Origin: Terriglobia bacterium
GTDB taxonomy: Bacteria; Acidobacteriota; Terriglobia; Acidiferrales; UBA7541
Reading direction: 5' to 3'
Assembly (NCBI GenBank): GCA_963695545.1
Contig: OY968796.1
Coordinates: 3,488,001-3,552,000, forward strand
Length of the DNA: 64,000 nucleotides
Shown: in pieces, positions 22,040-30,588 of the stretch
Position numbering within the stretch: position 1 is the first letter of the stretch
Layout: each line of letters begins with the position of its first letter
The notes under the pieces: generated by a model
Told to the model about the DNA's origin: nothing
Seen by the model: only the letters and a program-made list of their open reading frames with translations
The model's database searches: none
Translations under genes and position numbers: made by a program

Positions 22040-23716
22040 ATGGCGACGTCCACCATCGCAACGCACATCGATAGCAAATCTCCCGCGTACCAGAAAAATG
22101 CACGGCGCATGGTGGAGCTTGTAACTGAGATCAAGAACCAGGAAGCCACACTGCACGAATGCGGAGGCGCGAAGGCCATCGAGGCGCAGCACAAAAAGGG
22201 CCGGATGACGGCGCGGGAGCGCATCGCGCGTTTGCTCGATCCGGACACGCGATTTTTCGAGCTGGGCGTGTACGCCGGCTTCGAGATGTACCAGGAATGG
22301 GGCGGCGCGCCCGCCGCCGGCACAATCACGGGACTCGCGCGCGTGGCGGGCCGCCTGGTGATGATCATCGCTAACGACGCGACGGTGAAAGCCGGCGCAT
22401 TTTTCCCGATGACGGCGAAAAAGGTGATTCGCGCGCAGAACATCGCGATCGAAAATCACATTCCCACGCTTTACCTTGTCGATTCATCTGGGATTTTTCT
22501 GCCGCTGCAAGAGGACGTTTTCCCCGACACCGACGATTTCGGCCGCGTGTTCCGCAACAACGCCGTGATGAGCGCGATGGGCATTCCGCAGATCACGGCC
22601 ATCATGGGAATGTGCGTGGCCGGCGGCGCGTATTTGCCGGTGATGTGCGATCACATTCTGATGACCGAGGGCTCGGGCCTATTTCTGGCCGGCCCCGCGC
22701 TCGTGCAGGCCGCCATCGGCCAGAAAGTGTCTGCGGAAGAATTGGGCGGCGCGAAAATGCACGCGCAGATCAGCGGCACCGTAGATTTTCGCGAGCCGGA
22801 CGACGCGGCGTGTCTCGCGCGCATACGCTCGCTCGTCGGACAAATTGGCCATCCGCCAGCCCCGCGCTTTGACCGCATCGCGGCCGAGCCGCCGCTTTAT
22901 CCCATCGAAGAAGTCTACGGTATTTTTTCTTCCGACGCCGCGCGACCTTACGACATGCGCGAAATTCTGGCGCGCATCGTGGACGGAAGCCGCTTCGAGG
23001 AATATCGCCCCGAGTACGGCCAAACTGTGCTGTGCGGCTACGCGCGCATCGAAGGCTGGGCCGTCGGGATCGTGGCCAATCAAAAACAGAATGTGCCCAC
23101 GATTGACGCGGCGACCGGCGAACGGCGCATGGAATTCGGCGGCGTGATTTACACGGAGTCCGCCGAGAAAGCGGCGCGTTTCATTCTCGATTGCAACCAG
23201 CACCTGGTACCGCTCATATTTCTGCACGACGTGAACGGCTTCATGGTGGGAAAAGAGGCCGAAGGCAGCGGGATCATCCGCGCCGGCGCGAAAATGGTGA
23301 ATGCCGTGGCGAACAGCGTGGTGCCGAAAATCACCGTGGTTTGCGGCGGCAGTTTCGGCGCCGGAAATTATGCGATGTGCGGCAAGGCTTACGATCCGCG
23401 TTTCATGTTCGCGTGGCCCACCGCGCGCTACGCCGTGATGAGCGGCGATTCCGCGGCGGGCACGCTGGTTGAAATCAGATTGAAGCAGCTCGAGCGCGAA
23501 GGCAAAAAGCTGTCCGACGCCGAGCGCAAGAAACTATACGAAAGCATCCGCGCTTCTTACGAGCTGCAAACCGATCCGCGCTACGCCGCTTCGCGATTGT
23601 GGGTCGACGCGCTAATCGACCCGGCGGGAACACGACGCGCGCTCGATTGGGCGCTCGAAGCCGCGGCGCTCAACACCGAGATCCGCGAATTTCGCACCGG
23701 CGTTTGGCAAACTTAG
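22040..23716 (+). CDS. Acyl-CoA carboxylase carboxyltransferase subunit (methylcrotonyl-CoA carboxylase beta-like)
   Basis: MTARERI, ANDATVKAGA, GMCVAGGAY, AEELGGA, GSFGAGNYAMCG. Confidence 0.92.
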   Translation: MATSTIATHIDSKSPAYQKNARRMVELVTEIKNQEATLHECGGAKAIEAQHKKGRMTARERIARLLDPDTRFFELGVYAGFEMYQEWGGAPAAGTITGLARVAGRLVMIIANDATVKAGAFFPMTAKKVIRAQNIAIENHIPTLYLVDSSGIFLPLQEDVFPDTDDFGRVFRNNAVMSAMGIPQITAIMGMCVAGGAYLPVMCDHILMTEGSGLFLAGPALVQAAIGQKVSAEELGGAKMHAQISGTVDFREPDDAACLARIRSLVGQIGHPPAPRFDRIAAEPPLYPIEEVYGIFSSDAARPYDMREILARIVDGSRFEEYRPEYGQTVLCGYARIEGWAVGIVANQKQNVPTIDAATGERRMEFGGVIYTESAEKAARFILDCNQHLVPLIFLHDVNGFMVGKEAEGSGIIRAGAKMVNAVANSVVPKITVVCGGSFGAGNYAMCGKAYDPRFMFAWPTARYAVMSGDSAAGTLVEIRLKQLEREGKKLSDAERKKLYESIRASYELQTDPRYAASRLWVDALIDPAGTRRALDWALEAAALNTEIREFRTGVWQT

Positions 23717-23771
23717 GCGCGCTCGGATAAATTTATCGACACTTAAATTGGAAGGGATACCCTCGGCCCAC

Positions 23772-24665
23772 ATGGACTCCGTGAAACTGATCGAATGCCC
23801 GCGCGACGCGTGGCAAGGCTTGCCTCAATTGATTCCCGCGGAAGAAAAGGCGGCGTACTTGAAAGCGCTGATCGACGCCGGATTTCGCCACATTGACGCC
23901 GTGAGTTTTGTTTCTCCCGAGCACGTGAAACAAATGGCGGATAGCGAAGAAGTGATGTCGCTGCTGCTCGAGTCATGGCCGGCGAAAGCGCCGCGCCCCG
24001 AGATCATCGGCATCGTCGTGAACGAGCGCGGTATCGAACGCGCGCTCGCGGCGCCAGGCGTTTCGACGCTCGGATATCCCTATTCGATTTCGGCATATTT
24101 TCGCCGGCGCAACGCCAACATGACCCGATCGGAATCGCGCCGATTGGTTGAGCAACTCAAGAAAGCCACGAAGGATGCCGGGCGCGGCTTGGTGGTTTAC
24201 ATCTCGATGGCCTTCGGCAATCCCTATGAAGAACCCTGGGGGCCGGAGATCGTGGAAGAGACGCTTGAATGGCTGAAGGACCTGCGCGTCGGCACGGTTT
24301 CCCTGGCCGACACTGTGGGAACGGCGACTCCGGCGCAAGTTGGCGAACTTTTCGCCCGCGTGAAAAATTGCGTGGCTGGAATCGAACTGGGCGTGCATCT
24401 GCACAGCCGGCCCGATGCCGCCGCGGAGAAAATCCTGGCCGCGTACGACGCCGGATGCCGCCGCTTCGATTCGGCTCTTACGGGACTTGGCGGCTGCCCT
24501 TTCGCCGGGGACGAATTGGTCGGAAATATTCCGACGGAGACGCTCCTCGAAGCGTTGGCCGAGCGCGGAGTTGCCGTCCAACCCGATCGCGCAGCGCTCG
24601 CTCCGCTGATCGCCGCGACGAACCGGCTACGAACCAAGTATGCTTACGCGCAGCCAGTGAACTAG
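23772..24665 (+). CDS. Hydroxymethylglutaryl-CoA lyase
   Basis: ECPRDAWQG, SLADTVG, HLH, GLGGCPFA and GNIPTE. Confidence 0.9.
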   Translation: MDSVKLIECPRDAWQGLPQLIPAEEKAAYLKALIDAGFRHIDAVSFVSPEHVKQMADSEEVMSLLLESWPAKAPRPEIIGIVVNERGIERALAAPGVSTLGYPYSISAYFRRRNANMTRSESRRLVEQLKKATKDAGRGLVVYISMAFGNPYEEPWGPEIVEETLEWLKDLRVGTVSLADTVGTATPAQVGELFARVKNCVAGIELGVHLHSRPDAAAEKILAAYDAGCRRFDSALTGLGGCPFAGDELVGNIPTETLLEALAERGVAVQPDRAALAPLIAATNRLRTKYAYAQPVN

Positions 24666-24695
24666 CAAGCGGCACGCCGCAAACGGGAGGCGCAC

Positions 24696-25478
24696 ATGGC
24701 CTACGAAGCGCTAAAGCTTGCGATCGAAAACCAAATCGCCCTCGTCACGCTCAACCGCCCCGAAAAGCGAAACGCCATCACGCCGCAGATGATGGACGAG
24801 CTTCTGCGCGCTCTCGATGAAATTGAAACGGGCCCGGCGCGCGTCGCGATTCTGACCGGCGCCGGAAAAGCGTTCTGCGCCGGGATGGACATCGAAACGC
24901 TGCAGGCTTCCGCTTCGGCTACGCACGGCCAGCACGTCGAGGACGCACGGCGGACGGCGCACCTGTTTCGCCAGTTATGGGGTTTCCCGAAGCCGGTGAT
25001 CGCGGCGGTAAACGGCGCGGCCATCGCCGGCGGCTGCGGTCTCGCGACGCTTTGCGATTTCACGCTGGCCGCGCGCGAGGCGACGTTCGGCTACACAGAG
25101 GTGAAGATCGGCTTTATTCCCGCGATCGTTTCGGTTTTCCTGGCGCGGCAGATCGGTGAGAAACGCGCGCGCGACCTGCTGCTCTCCGGGCGGATCGTAG
25201 AGGCGGCCGAAGCGTACGAACTCGGCCTTGTCTCGACGGTCGTCGCGCCGGAATCCCTGATGGGACGCGCCTATGAGTTGGCCAACACTCTGGTTGCCGC
25301 GAGCCCTTCGAGCCTGATGCACACCAAGCGGCTGCTGATCGCCGGAGCATCTGAAGAGGTGGATGGCGAAATCGAGGCTGTGATCACGGCCAGCGCTGCA
25401 GTTCGCGAGACCTCCGATTTCCGCGAGGGCGTCACCGCGTTCCTTGAAAAGCGTCCGCCGCGCTGGACCGGACATTGA
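24696..25478 (+). CDS. Enoyl-CoA hydratase (methylglutaconyl-CoA hydratase-like)
   Basis: LNRPEKRNA, AFCAGMD, AGGCGL, TEVKIGFIPA, FLEKRPP. Confidence 0.9.
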   Translation: MAYEALKLAIENQIALVTLNRPEKRNAITPQMMDELLRALDEIETGPARVAILTGAGKAFCAGMDIETLQASASATHGQHVEDARRTAHLFRQLWGFPKPVIAAVNGAAIAGGCGLATLCDFTLAAREATFGYTEVKIGFIPAIVSVFLARQIGEKRARDLLLSGRIVEAAEAYELGLVSTVVAPESLMGRAYELANTLVAASPSSLMHTKRLLIAGASEEVDGEIEAVITASAAVRETSDFREGVTAFLEKRPPRWTGH

Positions 25479-25505
25479 CGCAAGCGCGCCGCCGAGGCGA
25501 GAACC

Positions 25506-25976
25506 ATGCCTGAACACTCCGATACGCTGCTGCGCGTGCGCTACGCCGAAACCGATCAGATGGGCTACGTCTATTACGGCAACTACTACACGTATTTCGA
25601 GGTGGGACGCGTCGAGTACATGCGCGCCCGCGGCGTAGCCTACAAGGACATGGAAATCGCCGACGACAGTTTCATCGTGGTCGCCGAATCGCACTGCCGC
25701 AACTTGCGGCCCGCGCGCTACGACGACTTGCTGCGCATTCGCACGAGCGTCGCCGAATTGCGCCGCCGCACGATTCGATTTGCGTATGAGATTTTCCGCG
25801 ACGCGACGAGTGAACTCTTGGCCTCAGGCGAAACTCTGCACGTGATTTGCGATCGCCAAGGCCACCCCAAGGCGTTGCCGGAGAAATATCGCCACTACTT
25901 CGGCACCGAGGCCGCCGCGCCCGCCGCTGACGCTGCACCCACTTCACGCGCACACAAGCGCAAATCAGCGCACTGA
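25506..25976 (+). CDS. Acyl-CoA thioesterase (YbgC/FadM family)
   Basis: VRYAETDQMGYVYYGNY...FEVGR and PARYDD. Confidence 0.9.
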   Translation: MPEHSDTLLRVRYAETDQMGYVYYGNYYTYFEVGRVEYMRARGVAYKDMEIADDSFIVVAESHCRNLRPARYDDLLRIRTSVAELRRRTIRFAYEIFRDATSELLASGETLHVICDRQGHPKALPEKYRHYFGTEAAAPAADAAPTSRAHKRKSAH

Positions 25977-25998
25977 TCGCGCGCGCCCTCCGCGCCGG

Positions 25999-27039
25999 CT
26001 ACGCGAGCTCTCGGAATAAAAACGTCGCAAGCCGCCCGCCCGCGAGCCAAGCGAACGGCGGCAATTCGAGCGAATAGTGCCCGCACGCGAGGCGCAGCAC
26101 ATCCATGTCAATTCCCTGCCCTTGCACCGCTCCAATGATCTCTTCGGAAAATTCCGGCAGCATGGTCGGATCGTACTTCCCGGTGATCGCCAGCATCTTT
26201 TGCCGCGTGACGTCAACCAGTCCGATATACGGGAACGGGCTAATCGGTTCCCAAAAATAATGCAGCTCTTCTTCCGTCACCTTCGTGCGCAACCCTTCCC
26301 ACACGTGCGCCGTGGTGATTCCGGTGCGCACCACATCGCCGAAGTTTTTCGAGATGTGCATGAAGGCTCCCGCGCGCACGGCCGGATCGTGCGCCAGCGT
26401 GATGAATCCCACGGCCGATCCGATGCTCGTGCCGAGCAATCCCAATTTCCCGTAGCCCTGCTGCTCGAGCCAGCGCAGGCAGCGCCGCACGTCGGTCACG
26501 GCTTGCCTGCTGCACTGCAGCGTCAATCCGATGTTCGGCGCCACCACGTAATCGGCGCGCTCATGACCAGGAATCGCGCGGCGATCGTGATACGGCAGCG
26601 AAATCCTCAGCACCGTTATCCCCACGAGGTTGAGCCACCGGCAGAGATTCACTTGCCCGTGCCACTTCGCATTCCAATTGGGCATGAGAACGACGGCAGG
26701 CCCGGACTTCCGTGCGGGAAAAAATCGCGCCACGACACGATTGTTTTCCGCCCAAGTCGAGTGAATCTGGCTGGTGAAGGTGAGCAGCTGAATCGGCCGG
26801 CCGTTTGCGCCCGTCTCCGAAGTCAGCCGGTAATCGTCGGCCGGTGTGGTGGCATACCACTCTCTGCTGTGCGCGATGGTTTCCGGCACCCAGCGCCGCA
26901 GGAATCCGCGCGGATCGGGCTCGTCGGCCCGTCCGGCGATATGTTCGAGGCCCCATTCAAACGGGAGCACGCGCCGATTGTCGTCGGTGGTCCAGCGGGC
27001 ATGCTCATAGCGTCGGATTCTCTGTTCGAGCCAGCTCAT
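25999..27039 (-). CDS. Alpha/beta hydrolase (ABHD18-like)
   Basis: GTSIG elbow, YDP acid, CGHYS histidine; start trimmed to MSWLEQ. Confidence 0.8.
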   Translation of the reverse strand: MSWLEQRIRRYEHARWTTDDNRRVLPFEWGLEHIAGRADEPDPRGFLRRWVPETIAHSREWYATTPADDYRLTSETGANGRPIQLLTFTSQIHSTWAENNRVVARFFPARKSGPAVVLMPNWNAKWHGQVNLCRWLNLVGITVLRISLPYHDRRAIPGHERADYVVAPNIGLTLQCSRQAVTDVRRCLRWLEQQGYGKLGLLGTSIGSAVGFITLAHDPAVRAGAFMHISKNFGDVVRTGITTAHVWEGLRTKVTEEELHYFWEPISPFPYIGLVDVTRQKMLAITGKYDPTMLPEFSEEIIGAVQGQGIDMDVLRLACGHYSLELPPFAWLAGGRLATFLFRELA

Positions 27040-27295
27040 TAGGGGTGAAACAAAAATTATGGGGGCACGCGAAAGTGCTGTCAAATCCGCTGCGCGCTCC
27101 GGCCGAGCTCCGGCCGCGCGGGCTAGCCGCTCCCGGATCGCAAGATCGAAAGAAGCGAATTCTGCCGCAGCCCATTCGCACAAGAAGGCGTATAGTAAGG
27201 GCGTGGGCGAAAGCGATCGAATCCCTGAACCGGAAGTTGGAAGTCGAGCCCTGCGCATTCCGAGACCGCCAATTCCAGCGCGCTTGCAGGACAAC

Positions 27296-29263
27296 ATGCT
27301 GAAAAAACTGAATCTGTACTTGATCAAGCCATCGAACTACGACGATGACGGTTACGTCGTGCGCCATTGGCGCGGCGTCCTGCCGAGCAATACGCTCGCC
27401 TGCCTCGCGGGACTCACTGAGGAAGTGCTCGAGCAGAAGCGTCTGGGCGAATCGCTCGACGTGAAGGTCCATCTGCTCGACGAAGTGGTGGATCACATCC
27501 CCGTGAAGCGCATCTGCAAATCGCAGCGCGGAAGCGACACGAAGACCGTGGTCTGCCTTGTGGGCGTGCAGACCAATCAGTTTCCCCGGGCCAGCGATCT
27601 AGCGCGCGAATTTCGCCGCGCCGGATTGACGGTGATCATCGGCGGCTTCCATGTGAGCGGCTATCTCGCGCTCTTGAAACAGATTCCTCCCGACATTCAA
27701 TCGCTGATGGACGAGGGCGTGACCATCGTGAAGGGCGAAGTTGAAGAGGTCTGGGGCGACCTCCTGCTCGACGCGGTAAACGGAACGCTGAAGCCGCTCT
27801 ACGATTTCATCGATCAGAAGCCCGATCTGTACGAGAAGCCCATCCCGATGATTCGCACAGAATACCTGCGCAAGTTTGTGGCGCCGAATTTCGGCACGCT
27901 CGATTGCGGGCGCGGCTGTCCGTTCGAGTGCACCTTCTGCACGATCATCAATGTGCAGGGCCGCAAGATGAGGTTCCGCTCGGCCGAACACATCGCGAAT
28001 GCGATCCGGCGGAATCACAAGGAACACGGAATCACGTTTTACTTTTTCACCGACGACAATTTCGCGCGCAACAAAAATTGGGAAGCGATCCTGGATGTGA
28101 TGGGACATCTGAAGCACGACGAGCATATTCCGCTGAAGTTCATGATGCAGGTGGACGTGCTCTCGTGGAAGATCAAAAACTTCGTAGCCAAAGCGCGCCA
28201 TGCCGGCTGCACCAACGTGTTCATCGGAATGGAAAGCGTGGATCCGGGAAATCTGGCGGCCTCGGGCAAGACGCAGAACAAGGTGGCCGAATACTCGCAG
28301 CTGATCAATGCCTACCGCGACGTGGGAATCAGCACGCACGTCGGCTACATCATCGGGTTCCCCATGGACACCAGGGAATCGGTTCGCCGCGACGTCCAGT
28401 ATCTGATGAACGAAGTGAAACCGGACCACGCATCGTTTTTCATGCTCGTGCCCCTGCCCGGCTCGATGGACCACCTGATGATGGCCCAGCGCGGCGAGTG
28501 GATGCACCAGGACTACAACCTCTACGATTCGCATCACGCGACAACCGTGCACCCGCGCATGAAAGACGGCGAATGGCGCGAGGCTTACTTCGAGGCTTGG
28601 GACACGTTTTACGGATTCGAGAACATGAAGGCCGCGCTGCAGCGTTCACCGAAGAATCTTTACTGGAATAACTTCACGCGCTTCCTTTGGTACAAAAATT
28701 CCATCCAGACTGAGCAGCGCCATCCAATGATGTGCGGTTTCTTCCGGCTAAAAGGAAGATTGAATCGGCGCCCGGGTTACCCGATCGCTTCACGCCGCGA
28801 ATATTACTGGCAGCGCGCCAAAGAAGTGCGCGCTCACTTCGGCAGCATTTTCCGCCTGCTGCTGGAGATGGAAGAAGTGTGGCTCGAGACGCGCCACCAG
28901 AGCGAGGCCGAGCAGCGCGTGGTGGAAGAACTCCGCAAACTCCGCGGCGCGTACGGCAAGCTGCGCCTTTCGGATTTGCAAGCGGCCTATTCGCGGGCCA
29001 AAAATCATTTCCCGAGTCTGCGCGTGCCGTCGAAAGTACAGTTGTTCTGGGCCAGGTGGTATCCGCTATTCGCGCCGCGCAAGGCTCTCTGCACGCGGGA
29101 GGATCTGAACGCATTTTGGAGCGATGTTCGCGAGCGCTGGGCGGAGCGCAAATGGTTCCGCATGCCCGTGCTGCGCATGCCGTTCTATTTGTTGCGCGAC
29201 GCGCAGATTTCGGTGCTCTTCTTAATTTATTTGATCAGCCCAAGTTCCCGAAGCACACAGTAG
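27296..29263 (+). CDS. Radical SAM protein with N-terminal B12-binding-like domain
   Basis: RGCPFECTFC (CxxxCxxC), IIGGFH, FTDDNF, FIGMES, IIGFP. Confidence 0.9.
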   Translation: MLKKLNLYLIKPSNYDDDGYVVRHWRGVLPSNTLACLAGLTEEVLEQKRLGESLDVKVHLLDEVVDHIPVKRICKSQRGSDTKTVVCLVGVQTNQFPRASDLAREFRRAGLTVIIGGFHVSGYLALLKQIPPDIQSLMDEGVTIVKGEVEEVWGDLLLDAVNGTLKPLYDFIDQKPDLYEKPIPMIRTEYLRKFVAPNFGTLDCGRGCPFECTFCTIINVQGRKMRFRSAEHIANAIRRNHKEHGITFYFFTDDNFARNKNWEAILDVMGHLKHDEHIPLKFMMQVDVLSWKIKNFVAKARHAGCTNVFIGMESVDPGNLAASGKTQNKVAEYSQLINAYRDVGISTHVGYIIGFPMDTRESVRRDVQYLMNEVKPDHASFFMLVPLPGSMDHLMMAQRGEWMHQDYNLYDSHHATTVHPRMKDGEWREAYFEAWDTFYGFENMKAALQRSPKNLYWNNFTRFLWYKNSIQTEQRHPMMCGFFRLKGRLNRRPGYPIASRREYYWQRAKEVRAHFGSIFRLLLEMEEVWLETRHQSEAEQRVVEELRKLRGAYGKLRLSDLQAAYSRAKNHFPSLRVPSKVQLFWARWYPLFAPRKALCTREDLNAFWSDVRERWAERKWFRMPVLRMPFYLLRDAQISVLFLIYLISPSSRSTQ

Positions 29264-29328
29264 AAGCGTAATCAGCGCTCGAAAATTCTCGCCGCTGTTT
29301 TTCGGCGCGCCGGCGTCCCTCGCGCCGG

Positions 29329-30456
29329 TCACACCAAACCAGCAGGACCGCGCAGCAATAGGTGAACGAGTTCACTCTGGCGATGCGTGTCCGTCTTTTC
29401 AAACACCAGCCGCAGATGCGTGCGCGCGGTATTCATGCTCACCTCAAGTTGCTCTGCCGCCTCGCGCAGATCGATTCCCTGCAAGAGCAGCGCCGCGAGC
29501 GCCGCTTCACGCGGCGTAAGCCCATAGAGGCGTTTCAGGACATCGGGTATGGGCTGGCGCTGACGCTCGGGATCGGTGACGAACGCGACGGCGACCGGCT
29601 GGCCGCAGAAGGCGCGCTGGATGCGGATAGGAGCGATCAGCAGCGCCAGCGCGCGCGCCAGTGAAGGCCGCGAAACGCGCAGCGCAGCGTCGGGCGCCGC
29701 GGCGCGGCCTTCGCTTGTGGCCACGGATGCGCGGATCAGGCGTTGCAGCTCCGCGTGTTCGGTGGCGCATGCGGCGGACAGGAATTTGTTCCTGATCCTA
29801 AGTCCATCGCCGCGCGCCAAAATCGCCGTGGCTTCCCGATTCGTCCACAAAATCTTGCCTTCGCGGTCGAGCAGCACCACGCCGAAAGCCAACGCGTCCC
29901 AGAGGGCCTGATGCGCCGTCTTTTCCGATTGCAGATCGGCCAGCCGCAAGTGGACCTGCAAAGATCGCCCGAGATGCGGCATCGTCTGCCGAAGCAAACC
30001 GACAGCCGCGCTTGTAAACTGGCCGCCGGACTTCGGCCGGTTGGCACCGAGGAAAGCCACGTGCGTCTCGGTCTTCAGCACGAACGCGCCAATTCCGTGA
30101 TAGATGCCGTTGGGTCTGTATATCTCGCGGTAGAGACCGCTGCGGAGCCATTCCTGATCGCTCATATCCCGTTCTCGAAATACGATGCCTCCGGGTCCCG
30201 CCGACATGAGCGATGGAATCGCCGGATTCGTCTCGGGATTGTTGTATTTTTGCTGGAAGAGCGCGAGATGTTCGGCGGTGCCGTGCTGATCCTGCGCGAT
30301 GAAATCGGACACTCCCGTCGGGCGAATCGCAGCCATCAGTAACCACGAACCGCCAATGAGATCCCCGACCCGCGAGAGTGCAACCGGCCAAGCCTCCGGC
30401 TGCAAGGCCGCGTCGTAGATCGCGGCAACCGTGTCGAGAAACACGTCTTTCGCCAT
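29329..30456 (-). CDS. LuxR-type HTH regulator with N-terminal sensory and PAS-like domains
   Basis: GVVLLDREGKILWTN (PAS-like); LTPREAALA...SMNTARTHLRLVFEKTDTHRQSELV (HTH). Confidence 0.92.
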   Translation of the reverse strand: MAKDVFLDTVAAIYDAALQPEAWPVALSRVGDLIGGSWLLMAAIRPTGVSDFIAQDQHGTAEHLALFQQKYNNPETNPAIPSLMSAGPGGIVFRERDMSDQEWLRSGLYREIYRPNGIYHGIGAFVLKTETHVAFLGANRPKSGGQFTSAAVGLLRQTMPHLGRSLQVHLRLADLQSEKTAHQALWDALAFGVVLLDREGKILWTNREATAILARGDGLRIRNKFLSAACATEHAELQRLIRASVATSEGRAAAPDAALRVSRPSLARALALLIAPIRIQRAFCGQPVAVAFVTDPERQRQPIPDVLKRLYGLTPREAALAALLLQGIDLREAAEQLEVSMNTARTHLRLVFEKTDTHRQSELVHLLLRGPAGLV

Positions 30457-30489
30457 ACCGCACCCGCCAAACCAGATTCCGAAGGGGAC

Positions 30490-30505
30490 TCACTCAAATG
30501 AGTGA
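30490..30505. promoter_or_regulatory. Candidate operator of the LuxR-type regulator
   Basis: Perfect inverted repeat TCACTCA-AA-TGAGTGA in the 132-bp divergent intergenic region. Confidence 0.6.
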
Positions 30506-30588
30506 TGCGCTTTGTGTGGCCGGATGCTACCACATCGCGCAAAGCCAAGACTAGAGAGCCTCTGGTTCTTGGCCTGCAAGGAGCTTTT

